Source of the DNA: an uncultured Gammaproteobacteria bacterium
GTDB taxonomy: Bacteria > Pseudomonadota > Gammaproteobacteria > DRLM01
Length of the DNA stretch: 64,000 nt
NCBI GenBank assembly: GCA_963729605.1
Contig: CAVSNY010000007.1
Location: 1,088,001 to 1,152,000, forward strand
Reading direction: 5' to 3'
Below the pieces are notes generated by a model. It saw only the letters and a program-made list of their open reading frames with translations, ran no database searches and was not told the origin of the DNA. This document shows positions 29,352-39,737 of this stretch, in pieces (the first letter of the stretch is position 1; the number at the start of each line of letters is the position of its first letter). Made by a program: the position numbers and the translations under genes.

Positions 29352-31901
29352 ATGCGCAAGCTTGCTTTAGTATTGGCGGTGGCCCTGGCTTCCGGACGAG
29401 CGTCTGCGCTGGGTCTGGGTGAAATCGAACTGCGCTCCGCCCTCAATGAACCTTTCAATGCCGAAATCCGTTTGCTCGCCGCGCAGCCCGCCGAATTGGA
29501 AGGCGCGGTAGTGCGCCTCGCGCCGCAGGAGTCATTTCAACAGGCCGGCATCGAACGTCCGGCGGCCTTGAGCGATCTGATTTTCAACGTGGTGCGCCGC
29601 GCCGACGGCACGGCGGTGATCCAAGTCACCTCCTCGCAGCCGGTGCGCGAACCCTACCTCGATTTCATCGTGCAGTTACGCTGGCCCACCGGTCGCTTGC
29701 TGCGCGAGTACACGGTCTTGTTGGATCCCCCGCTGTTCAGCGGCGACAAGCTGGCGCCGGTGTCGGCACCGGTCGCCGCCGCGCCGGCAGCGGCGCCGAC
29801 ACCGCGAGTCGCGCCGGTCGAACCGGCGCCCGCCCCCACCGAACAAACTCCCGCTAAGCCGGCCGTGTCCGCCGCGCCGGCGGTGGCACCTCGTCCGCCG
29901 CGCGCCGCGCCCGCGCCGCAAACCGCCGCGGACGGCGCGCGCAGTTATGGCCCTACTCAGCGCACCGATACCGCTTGGACCATTGCCGAGCAGGTGCGGC
30001 CCGACAACGGCGTCACGGTGTTCCAAGCCATGCTCGCCTTGCTGGCGGCCAATCCCGATGCGTTTTACAACGGCAACGTCAATAACCTGTTGGCCGGTTA
30101 TGTGTTGCGAGTGCCCGAACGTGAATTCATGACCGCCCTCCCTGCCCAGCAGGCGGAGCGCGAAGTCGCCCGCCAGTATGAGGCATGGCGGCAGGCCAAA
30201 CGGGGCGGTGTGCCCATGGCGCCGGCCGGCCAGCCGGTGGCCGAGGCGGCAAAACCCGCCGGTGAGCAAGCCGCCGCCAAACCCGCCGGCGAGGAAGCGC
30301 CGCGCCTGAAACTGGTGGCGCCCGCTCAGACCGCCACCCCCGGCGCGGGCGGCGGCGCCAGGCAGGGTATGGATCAAGTCCGCAGCGAATTGGCGATGGC
30401 CCTGGAATCCGCCGATGCCGCCCGCCGCGAGAATGAAGAATTACGCTCCCGTCTTTCCGCGCTGGAGGGACAGATCAATTCCATGCAGCGTTTGCTGACG
30501 CTGAAGGACGATACCCTCGGCAATCTGCAGCCAGGGCCGGGTGAGGCGGAGACACCTGCCGCGATTCCGGGCGGGGAGGTGCCACCGGCGGAAGGTCTGC
30601 CCGCCGAAACCGCGCCCGAGGCGGCGCAGCCCTCGCCCCGAGCGGAAACGCCGGTGCAGCCCGAGCCCGAACCGAGCTTGGATATCTTCGCTAATCCCAG
30701 CATCGTCGCGGCGGCGGGCGGGGCGGTTTTGCTGTTGTTGGCGGTGGCCTGGCTGGTGGCGCGCCGCCGCCGTGCCGGTGCCGATGACGACGGCGAGGCA
30801 CGGCTGGAACCCGTGATGGCCCAAGCCGCCCCGGCGGCGCCGGTTGAAAAATCCCCGGCGGCGAGCAGTCCGGAGGCGATGGCGGATCTCGAAGAACCGC
30901 TCAGCGCGCGGATGAGCGGCATGGCGGAAGAAGTGGCCAAGGGCGCGGCGAAAGATGTGAGCGGAACCGCCGACGGTCTCGATGTGCTGCACACCGCCGA
31001 GGGGGATATCGATCCCATGGTGGAAGCCGACGTCTACCTCGCTTACCGCCGTTATCAGCAGGCCGAGGCGTTGATTCAAGGCGCATTGGCCAAACAACCC
31101 CATCGTTACGAACTCAAAGGCAAGCTGCTGGAGATCTACTACGCGGCGCGCAATGTCGATGCCTTCCAGTCCTTGGCGGAATCGCTGTACGACGAGCTGG
31201 GTCAGAATGCCGACGATCCGCTGTGGTACCGCATCGTGCCCATGGGCGCTGAGTTGTTGCCCAATCATCCTTTGTTCAATCCCGCCTACGCCGCGCCTAA
31301 AACCAGCCCGGCCGCCGTCGGCGCCGGCTCGGCTTTATTCGCGGGCGATTTGCCCGGCGGCGGCAGCGGTCTCAGTCATGGCGACCATGAATCCGGCGCC
31401 CACAAAGACGACGATTTGTTCGGCGACGCGGCACCGGTCTACGGCACGCGCGTGTCGGATGAGACCAGCCTCGATCTGGATTTGAATGCCGATGCGGCCG
31501 GCGGCGCAGCCCCCGCCGGCACCGCGGACAAAATGGATTTCGATCTCAATATGGCTGACGAGGTCCGCCCCGATACCTTGGCCGGCGGACATAACGAAAA
31601 GGACATGGTCCCGGATATCACCGCCGCGCCGGCCCAGGCGGACGACTTGCCCGGCGGAAACGCCAAAGACCGGTGGGGGCTCGAGCCGGCCTTGTCCGAG
31701 TTCGGCAGCATGGATTTCAATCTGGATGACAGCGACTTCCTCGCCGGCACCGACGTGGTGGGCACCAAGCTGGACCTGGCCCGCGCCTATATCGACATGG
31801 GCGATCAGGAAAGCGCCCGTGAAATCCTTAATGAGGTGCTGGCGGAAGGCAACGATCAGCAAAAAGAAGAAGCCCGCGGATTGTCGCAGCAGCTCGCCTG
31901 A
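29352..31901 (+). CDS. fimV: FimV/HubP polar landmark protein
   Basis: ALGLGEIELRSALNEP, LysM-like region, coiled coil, TM helix, EADVYLAY, KLDLARAYIDMGD. Confidence 0.93.
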   Translation: MRKLALVLAVALASGRASALGLGEIELRSALNEPFNAEIRLLAAQPAELEGAVVRLAPQESFQQAGIERPAALSDLIFNVVRRADGTAVIQVTSSQPVREPYLDFIVQLRWPTGRLLREYTVLLDPPLFSGDKLAPVSAPVAAAPAAAPTPRVAPVEPAPAPTEQTPAKPAVSAAPAVAPRPPRAAPAPQTAADGARSYGPTQRTDTAWTIAEQVRPDNGVTVFQAMLALLAANPDAFYNGNVNNLLAGYVLRVPEREFMTALPAQQAEREVARQYEAWRQAKRGGVPMAPAGQPVAEAAKPAGEQAAAKPAGEEAPRLKLVAPAQTATPGAGGGARQGMDQVRSELAMALESADAARRENEELRSRLSALEGQINSMQRLLTLKDDTLGNLQPGPGEAETPAAIPGGEVPPAEGLPAETAPEAAQPSPRAETPVQPEPEPSLDIFANPSIVAAAGGAVLLLLAVAWLVARRRRAGADDDGEARLEPVMAQAAPAAPVEKSPAASSPEAMADLEEPLSARMSGMAEEVAKGAAKDVSGTADGLDVLHTAEGDIDPMVEADVYLAYRRYQQAEALIQGALAKQPHRYELKGKLLEIYYAARNVDAFQSLAESLYDELGQNADDPLWYRIVPMGAELLPNHPLFNPAYAAPKTSPAAVGAGSALFAGDLPGGGSGLSHGDHESGAHKDDDLFGDAAPVYGTRVSDETSLDLDLNADAAGGAAPAGTADKMDFDLNMADEVRPDTLAGGHNEKDMVPDITAAPAQADDLPGGNAKDRWGLEPALSEFGSMDFNLDDSDFLAGTDVVGTKLDLARAYIDMGDQESAREILNEVLAEGNDQQKEEARGLSQQLA

Positions 31902-32018
31902 GCGGGCCTCCATGCACGTAGACCGGCTACACGGGTCCACTGTCTCGCATTAGCGAAGCGCTGAAAAATTTCGTTGACCGCCAAGGCCCGAAGGACGCCA
32001 AGAAAAAAATCTCTTTAA

Positions 32019-33020
32019 GGTACCCACTTCGAGGTGGAAACCCGCAATGGCCTGACGGAATACAAACACTACATCAATGGTGCGGAAGGGCCGGTGGCGC
32101 TCTATACCACGCGAAGCAATGGTACTAACCAAATCGCCTATTTACATAAAGATCATCTTGGCTCGGTGGAGTTGGTGACGGATGAAAGTGGTATAGCCAT
32201 TGACGTGCGCAGCTTCGACGCGTGGGGCAAACCGCGTAATAGCAATTGGACCGATGCGGCCAGTCCGCTTGCCTTATATGAGACCCACCATGGCTATACC
32301 GGTCATGAGCACTTGGATGAAGGTCTCAGTCTGATCCACATGAACGCGCGGCTGTATGATCCGAAGCTGGGTCGGTTTATCCAGGCCGATCCGATAGGGA
32401 TAGAGGGGGGGATGAATTTGTATGGGTATGCCGCAAACAATCCCCTGGCATATGTGGATACAACAGGCCGTAATCCGCAGGCTCTATCTCGTTTTGCAAA
32501 GCCTCCCGTGGTACCTGGCACGCCCGGATACCAACCGCACGATGATCCGCAACCCGTGGTTTGGATTTCGCCTGAAGCTGATAGATGGGTGAGTGATAAG
32601 ATCAATGCACTAGGAGGGTTTGTTGGTGAAAGAATCAATTGGATTAATGCCGTAACAGGCTTCCCAATGCAGATCGGACAAGCGTGGCTGACATCCAGCC
32701 CGTTATCAGAAGCAGGTTATCGAGATTTTTTACTGTTTAACGAGGTTGCAGGGGGCGCAGAAGATTTCTTTGCAGGCACCAACTACACTGACAAAGTTTT
32801 AGGTCAAATGAAGCAGGGTGATCTTCATTCTTTCCCTGAAAGCGTTAAGGCATTTCAAGAGGCTGGCCAAGCCAGCAAAATTACCGGGGGAGACGGCATT
32901 GCACGAGATATGCTGAAAATTCCTGGAGAATATCGAGGTAAACAGGGGGATTTTGAGTTCATCAAAGAAGCAGATGGTTCTATCAATCACCGTCTATTTA
33001 GACCTGCTCCGGGACAATGA
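32019..33020 (+). pseudogene. Orphan Rhs core end plus C-terminal toxin domain
   Basis: YLHKDHLGS, FDAWG, GYTGHE, MNARLYDPKLGRFIQADP, NLYGYAANNP, then a variable tip; in-frame stop at 32016 immediately upstream, no Rhs body. Confidence 0.88.
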
Positions 33021-33023
33021 TCG

Positions 33024-33359
33024 ATGGAAAAATTTTGGTCAAGTGAAGTCGATATTATTTTGGGTGTGGGCCGTCCATTGGAAGATGTCGGTGTTCGTAA
33101 CTGGGCGCTTAGTCGGGAAGACGCCTTAGCTGCACTCACTAAGTTCGCTGAAATTGGAATTGCCGTATTAGGTGGAGATGTTTACTCCGACAACGGTGGG
33201 GTTGTTGAATCGAACTACGACAATTGGTATTGCAACCGTGACGATCATGAGTCCGATTCAGCTTACGTTGAGCGGAGCATTGCAGTGGCGAGGAATTACA
33301 TTGAGAAGTACAGAATGCCAGAAAGCAAGGTGCTTTTTGCAATAGTGCCTAAGATTTGA
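33024..33359 (+). CDS. Immunity protein, Imm40-like
   Basis: GVRNWAL..ILGGDVY-like (VLGGDVY)..YDNWYC motifs; starts 3 nt after the toxin stop. Confidence 0.75.
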   Translation: MEKFWSSEVDIILGVGRPLEDVGVRNWALSREDALAALTKFAEIGIAVLGGDVYSDNGGVVESNYDNWYCNRDDHESDSAYVERSIAVARNYIEKYRMPESKVLFAIVPKI

Positions 33360-33387
33360 TGTTGCAAAACGCGCGTAAGGCGTAATG

Positions 33388-34010
33388 GTAGGGCGCAATA
33401 ACCGGAGGGCATTGCGCCGGATGTAAATGACTATGATACTTGCGCAATGCCTGATTATCGACGCGCCTGGTGCCTCGGTGGCACGTATTTCTTTACGGTC
33501 AACCTGCTGCAAAGGCACGGCAATGATCTGCTGGTTCGCCGTATTGATACTTTGCGAGGCGTTGTGAAATCAGTTCGGGCACGCCATCCATTTCTGATTC
33601 ATGGATGGGTCGTGTTGCCTGAGCATCTTCATTGTGTGATCGAATTGCCGCCCGGTGATGGTGATTTTCCACCCGCTGGCGATTAATCAAAATGGAATTT
33701 TCCAAATCACTCCCGCAACGGAACGACGATCGCTTGTAAGGCGAAACGAGGTGAAAGGGGGATATGGCAGCGGCGTTACTGGGAACATCTGATTTGTAAT
33801 GAAGCGGATTTTCGCGCCCATATGGACTATGTGCATATCAATCCATTAAAACATGGATTAGTAGGGCGGGTCCGCGACTGGCCCTATTCGACGTTCCATC
33901 GCTTAGTCGACCAAGGCGTTTACCCCGAGGATTGGGCTGGAGGTGATGAGAATGCATTGGGCTATGACGATTGACATCCGGCGCAATGCCCTTCGGTTAT
34001 TGCGCCCTAC
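33388..34010 (+). mobile_element. REP-associated tyrosine transposase (RAYT) pseudogene flanked by inverted GTAG REPs
   Basis: 33447-33974: MPDYRRA..GGTYFFTV, VLPEHLH (HUH), IWQRRYWEH, DYVHINPLKHG, DWPYSTF, with three single-base deletions; 37-bp inverted repeats at 33388-33424 and 33974-34010. Confidence 0.92.
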
Positions 34011-34439
34011 GCGAGCTGATTCATGGATGGGTCGTGTTGCCTGAGCATCTTCATTGTGTGATCGAATTGCCGCCCGGTGATGGTGATTTTCCACCCGCTG
34101 GCGATTAATCAAAATGGAATTTTCCAAATCACTCCCGCAACGGAACGACGATCGCTTGTAAGGCGAAACGAGGTGAAAGGGGGATATGGCAGCGGCGTTA
34201 CTGGGAACATCTGATTTGTAATGAAGCGGATTTTCGCGCCCATATGGACTATGTGCATATCAATCCATTAAAACATGGATTAGTAGGGCGGGTCCGCGAC
34301 TGGCCCTATTCGACGTTCCATCGCTTAGTCGACCAAGGCGTTTACCCCGAGGATTGGGCTGGAGGTGATGAGAATGCATTGGGCTATGACGATTGACATC
34401 CGGCGCAATGCCCTTCGGTTATTGCGCCCTACGCGAGCT
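33594..34439 (+). repeat. 422-bp tandem duplication of the RAYT 3' part and right REP
   Basis: 33594-34017 is repeated at 34016-34439, apparently identical, overlapping at CT. Confidence 0.9.
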
Positions 34440-34456
34440 AACGGAGGTATACGGTG

Positions 34457-34861
34457 ATGAAGGTTTCTTGCCGCTACCTAGCTCTTTCCGAATTGCCGGG
34501 CACTTTTGATATGACCGCGTATAAGGAATTTGTTCGTCCTTTGGATTATGATTTTAGTCTTGTTCGCGGTGCCGACTATCTGGTGATAGGTGTCGTACAA
34601 AGAAAAGGGACGATATGGTTGTATGTAGTTCCGAGTAACGGTGAACTGGAACTCGATTTTGTTCCCGCAGCGTTATTTGTTTTCGACGAAGCGAAGATTC
34701 CAGTGGGTATGGTTGTAAGAATGGTTAATGAACCGCGACCAAGCCTAGAAATTTTGCCAGAAAGTCTAGCCCGCATTGAAGGATGGTTTGAGCGCTACAC
34801 AGACGAGGATGAGGAGATCGTCAAAATAATCAAATCTGAAGTTGAACGTCACAGTAAATGA
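34457..34861 (+). CDS. Hypothetical protein, possible orphan immunity protein
   Basis: 134 aa, lower GC, RBS ggagg, acidic C-terminus WFERYTDEDEE; context of a polymorphic toxin locus. Confidence 0.55.
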   Translation: MKVSCRYLALSELPGTFDMTAYKEFVRPLDYDFSLVRGADYLVIGVVQRKGTIWLYVVPSNGELELDFVPAALFVFDEAKIPVGMVVRMVNEPRPSLEILPESLARIEGWFERYTDEDEEIVKIIKSEVERHSK

Positions 34862-34875
34862 TGTGATTTCAAAGT

Positions 34876-34970
34876 CCGGTAGGTTGGGCTGAACGTTTTT
34901 TGTGAAGTCCAACATTACAACGGAGGCGAATGAAACGATGCGTTACCGGCGAGCCGATGCGGCGGATGGA
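34876..34970 (+). mobile_element. Second REP type plus 5' stub of another RAYT
   Basis: gtaggttgggct..agtccaac hairpin, RBS ggagg, then MRYRRADAADG, similar to RAYT N-termini. Confidence 0.65.
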
Positions 34971-35021
34971 AAAAGATGAACGCATCCGCTCAAGCCGAGT
35001 AGCCTAACGCGAGTGAGCCAA

Positions 35022-35174
35022 GTAGGGTGCATTCCATGCACCATTGCATGAGTTGGTATAACGATGGTGTTTTGATGATTAACACCATCATGGAATGAAA
35101 TGCCATGCGTAGGTGTATGACCGCTGGCGGTGGTTGTGTTGACGTGGATTGAAGGCGCATGAAATACACCCTAC
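35022..35174. repeat. Third GTAG REP doublet
   Basis: gtagggtgcattccatgcacc and the inverted ggcgcatgaaatacaccctac. Confidence 0.75.
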
Positions 35175-35241
35175 TTGGCCTGGCGCTCGTGGCGTTTTGC
35201 GGTTCAAGATGAATTAATCGGTGGTTCCTTGGCTTGAATAT

Positions 35242-35937
35242 ATGATGCATCCAATCATCCGCATCGCCAGTTTTGTCGTGTTCACCCTGATGCTTGTCAC
35301 CGGCGGGAAGGGTTCTCTGCTGATGGGCGCTGGTCTGCTCGCGGTTAGCTTTGCGCGGGCCGGAACAGGGGCGTGGCATCCCTCGTGGCGTATGGTGTGG
35401 CGCATGCGGTGGTTGTTTTTGTCTTTGGCGGTGGTGTATTTCTGGTTTACACCCGGCACGACTATCCTGCCGTCTTCCGCCGCCGTGGCCGCTTGGCTGC
35501 CCACGGTGGAGGGGCTTATGCAAGGCGGTTTGCGCATCACGGCCTTGGTGTTGATGGTGATGGCCGCCAGCTTGTTATTGCAAGTCACGTCGCGCGATGA
35601 GTTGCTGGCCGCGGTGTACTGGCTGGCCGCGCCCTTGCGGGTGGCGGGTGTGGCCCGCGAGCGCTTGGCGGTCCGGATCGCGCTGAGCCTGGCGGCGGTG
35701 GGCGAAGTGCAAACGCAATTGCGCGAGGTGTTGGCGGAGCGGCGGACGAAGGATTCGCCGTGGGTCCGCATCGGCGGGGTCGCCGCGGCGGTGTTCGGCC
35801 GGGTGATGGCGAGGGCGGAGGCCGCGCCTTGCGTGACGCTGAGTTTGCCAATGCATTCGGCGCCGCCCGCGGTGCAGTGGGGCTGGCCGGCACTGGTCGC
35901 TGCGTCGATGTGGGCGGCGGGCCGTTTGGCGGGATGA
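35242..35937 (+). CDS. CbiQ/EcfT-like membrane protein
   Basis: Hydrophobic, RMRWLFL, WFTPG, ELLAAVYWLAAPL, RLAVRIAL; typical neighbour downstream of fimV. Start uncertain. Confidence 0.7.
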   Translation: MMHPIIRIASFVVFTLMLVTGGKGSLLMGAGLLAVSFARAGTGAWHPSWRMVWRMRWLFLSLAVVYFWFTPGTTILPSSAAVAAWLPTVEGLMQGGLRITALVLMVMAASLLLQVTSRDELLAAVYWLAAPLRVAGVARERLAVRIALSLAAVGEVQTQLREVLAERRTKDSPWVRIGGVAAAVFGRVMARAEAAPCVTLSLPMHSAPPAVQWGWPALVAASMWAAGRLAG

Positions 35938-35949
35938 CGGCGCGGCGAA

Positions 35950-36068
35950 TTCAGCGCCGACCGGCGATAAAGCCCGGTAGGTTGGGCTGAACGTTTTTTG
36001 TGAAGCCCAACATCACAACGGAGGCGAATGAAACGATGCATTACCTTCAGCGCCGATCGGCGATAAAG
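35950..36068 (+). repeat. 72-bp REP/RAYT-stub copy flanked by 23-bp direct repeats
   Basis: 35974-36045 matches 34876-34947 with 3 mismatches; ttcagcgccgaYcggcgataaag at 35950-35972 and 36046-36068. Confidence 0.9.
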
Positions 36069-38229
36069 ACGATCGCCGCCAGCGGCGGCAGGTTGATGGC
36101 GATGGAATAGGGATAACCCATCCACGGTAAGTTTTCGGCCTCCACCTGGCCGGCATTACCCAGATTGCTCCCCGCATAAAGATGGGAGTCTGAATTCAGC
36201 GCTTCACGGTAAAGGCCGGGATAAGGCACGCCCAAACGGTAGTGCTCGCGCGGCACCGGCGTGAAATTGAGGACGATGACCGCGAGCTGTTCGCCGGCGC
36301 GGCGCAGATAACTCAATACCGATTGCGTCGCGTCGTGGCAGTCGATCCAGTCGAAGCCTTGGGCTTCGAAATCGTAGGCGTGCAGGGCGGGCAGTTCGCG
36401 ATAGAGTTTATTGAGATCGCCCACCAGCCGCCGCACGCCCTGGTGCAGAGGATAATCCAGCACGTACCAATCGAGTTCGGCGTCGAAATTCCATTCCCGC
36501 CCCTGGCCGAATTCGCAACCCATGAATAAGAGTTTCTTGCCCGGATAAGTAAACATATAGGTGTACAAGAGCCGCAGATTGGCGAAGCGCCGCCATTCGT
36601 CGCCGGGCATGCGATGGAGCAGGGAGGCCTTGCCGTGCACCACTTCGTCATGGGAGAAGGGCAGGATGAAATTTTCCGAGAAGCCGTACAACAGGCCGAA
36701 GGTGAGTTTGTCGTGGTGATAGTGGCGATGCACCGGGTCTTTTTGCATATAGGACAGGCTGTCGTGCATCCAGCCCATGTTCCACTTCATGCTGAAGCCC
36801 AGCCCGCCCAGCCAAGTGGGACGCGATACCATCGGCCAGGAGGTGGATTCCTCGGCCATGATCATGGTGCCGGGGAATTCGCTGTGGGTGACTTCATTGA
36901 GCTGGCGCAGAAAGGCGATGGCTTCGAGGTTTTCGTTGCCGCCGTGAATGTTCGGCACCCAATCATCGGCTTGCCGTGAATAATCGAGATACAGCATGGA
37001 GGCCACCGCATCGACCCGCAGGCCGTCGAGGTGAAATTCCTCCAGCCAGAACACCGCGCTCGACAATAAATAATTTTTGACTTCGTTGCGGCCGTAGTTG
37101 TAGATGAGCGTGCCCCAGTCGCGGTGTTCGCCGCGGCGCGGGTCTTCGTGTTCGTAGAGGGCGCTGCCGTCGAAGCGCGCCAGGCCGTGCGGGTCTTTGG
37201 GGAAATGGCCGGGCACCCAGTCGAGCAAGACGCCGATGCCGTGGGCATGGCAGTGATCGACGAAATAACGAAAGTCGTCCGGCGTGCCGAAGCGGCTGGT
37301 GACCGCGTAATTGCCGATGGTTTGGTAACCCCAGGAGGCGTCCAGCGGGTGTTCGGTGATCGGCAGCAATTCGATGTGCGTGAAACCCAGGGGCGTGACG
37401 TAGTCCACCAGGCGGTGGGCCAAGTCGCGGTAATTGAGAAAACCGCCCTGTTGATCGCGTTGCCACGAGCCGAGATGGACTTCGTATATCGACAAAGGCG
37501 CGTGTTGCCAATCATGAGTGGCGCGCGCGGTCATCCAAGGTTGATCTTGCCAGGTATAATCAGCTTCGCCGTGTACCACCGAGGCGGTGCTGGGGCGCAC
37601 CTCGAATTGTTGACCGTAGGGATCGGCCTTGAGCTGGATGGCGCCGCTGTCGCGGTTGCGCAGTTCGAATTTATACAATCGCGCCGGGCGCGAGTCCGGG
37701 GATGAACAACTCCCATACCCCGCTGCCGCCGCGGATGCGCATGGGATGACGGCGGCCGTCCCAGCGGTTGAAGTCGCCCACCACGCTGACCCGCGCGGCG
37801 TTGGGGGCCCAGGTGGCGAAGAGGACGCCGGCGATGCCCTCCACGACATGCGGGTGCGCGCCGAGCAGACGGTAGATATGCCAGTGACGGCCTTCGTTGA
37901 AAAGATGCAGATCGAATTCGGGGATCTGCGGCGGAAAACAATACGGGTCATAGCCGGTGACGACGGCGCCGCCGTCGGTCCGCCATTGCAATCGATAGCG
38001 GTCGGGCACCACGCCGCGGGCGCCCCGCCATTCGAAAAAGTCACCGCCCTTGACGCGCTGCATGGGCAACTTGCCGTCGAGGATCGCGACCGTTGCGGCG
38101 CCCGGCAGGATAAACCCGGACGAGTTCACCCCCGCGGCCGGGGTGTTTACCCAACACCGCGAAGGGATCATGATGCCGTGCTTCTACAATGAGCTGGAGT
38201 TCTTCTGGCGAGTGGCCGCTATTATCCAT
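36047..38229 (-). CDS. glgB: 1,4-alpha-glucan branching enzyme (frameshifts near 38110 and 37690)
   Basis: [48 protein letters not shown] spread over three frames. Confidence 0.93.
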
Positions 38230-38450
38230 CGAGATTAAGATGTCCTCTGGTGCGGTGTTACATTACGGGTCGCGCGCGGTTGAGCGGGTCGAGTCTGTTA
38301 TGGATTTTGATGTTACACCATTTCCATTTTGGCGCGGTTTTAATGTTAGCATATCGTTAAGATTGACTTGATCCCGAGGGGGCGTTAGCAACGCCGGGAT
38401 CGGCGATCCGCGCCGGGGTCACGTAAAAATACGGGAGGGAGAATAGCGTA

Positions 38451-39737
38451 ATGGATCGTATGCAAACGGAGCGTTTTGTCAGCCGGCTGACCCAAAACAC
38501 CCTGGCCTTGATTCTGGCCGGCGGGCGCGGTTCGCGTTTGAAGCAGCTGACTTACTGGCGCGCCAAACCGGCGGTGCCGTTCGGCGGCAAATTCCGCATC
38601 ATCGATTTTCCGCTTGTCCAATTGCGTCAACTCCGGCATCCGCCGCATCGGCGTGCTGACGCAGTACAAGGCGCACTCGCTGATCCGCCACATCCAGCAG
38701 GGCTGGGGTTTTCTGCGCGGCCGAGCTCAGCGAGTTCGTCGAACTGGTGCCGGCGCAGCAGCGGATCGACGACTACGTGGTACACGGGCACGGCCGACGC
38801 GGTGTTCCAGAATCTCGACATAATCCGCAGGCAACGATCCCGACTATGTCCTGGTCCTGGCCGGCGATCACATCTACAAGATGGATTACGGCCGCATGCT
38901 CGCCTATCACGTCGCGCAAGGGCGCCGACATGACCGTCGGCTGCATCGAAGTGCCGCTGGACGAGGCCACGCGCCTTCGGCGTCATGGCGGTCGACGAAG
39001 ACTGGCGCGTCACGCTTTCGACGAGAAGCCGCAGCAACCCGCGCCCATGCCCGGGCAGCCGCGACACGGCGCTGGCCAGCATGGGCATCTATGTCTTCAA
39101 CACCCAGTTCCTCTACGAGCAGCTGATCCGCGACGCCGACGACGCCGCACTCCAGCCACGATTTCGGCAAGGACATCATTCCCGCACTGGTCGCCGCGCT
39201 ATCGCGTGTTCGCGCCTATCCGCTTCGGAAGTGCGTAGCGAGGACGACAACGGCCCTACTGGCGCGACGTGGGCACGGTGGACGCGTACTGGGAGGCCAA
39301 CATGGAACTGATCGACGTGACGCCGGAGCTCAATCTCTACGACAAGACTGGCCGATCTGGACCTACCAGGAGCAACTGCCGCCCGCCAAGTTCGTCTTCG
39401 ACGACGAGGGCCGCCGCGGCATGGCGGTCGATTCGATGGTCTCCGGCGGCTGCATCATCTAGCGGCGCGACCGTGCGCCGCTCGCTGCTGTTCTCCAATG
39501 TGCGCGTCAGTCTCCGGATCGAATCGCAGGATTGCGGTGGTGTTGCCCGACGTGGAAATCGGCGAGCACTGCCGCGCTGCACCAAGGTGCGTGGTCGACA
39601 AGGGCTGCCGCATCCCCGACGGCACTGTCATCGGCGAGCGACCCGGAAGCAGGACGCCAAGCGCTTCTACGTCAGCGAAGAAGGCGTGGTGCTGGTGACG
39701 CCGGAAATGCTCGGGCAGAAATTCACCACGGCATTGA
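38451..39737 (+). CDS. glgC: Glucose-1-phosphate adenylyltransferase (many frameshifts)
   Basis: [63 protein letters not shown] in shifting frames. Confidence 0.9.

Noticed and set aside
35934-35951. Truncated truA start (MTARRI)
   Set aside because: Only six codons, partly overlapping the duplicated glgB end; insufficient evidence.
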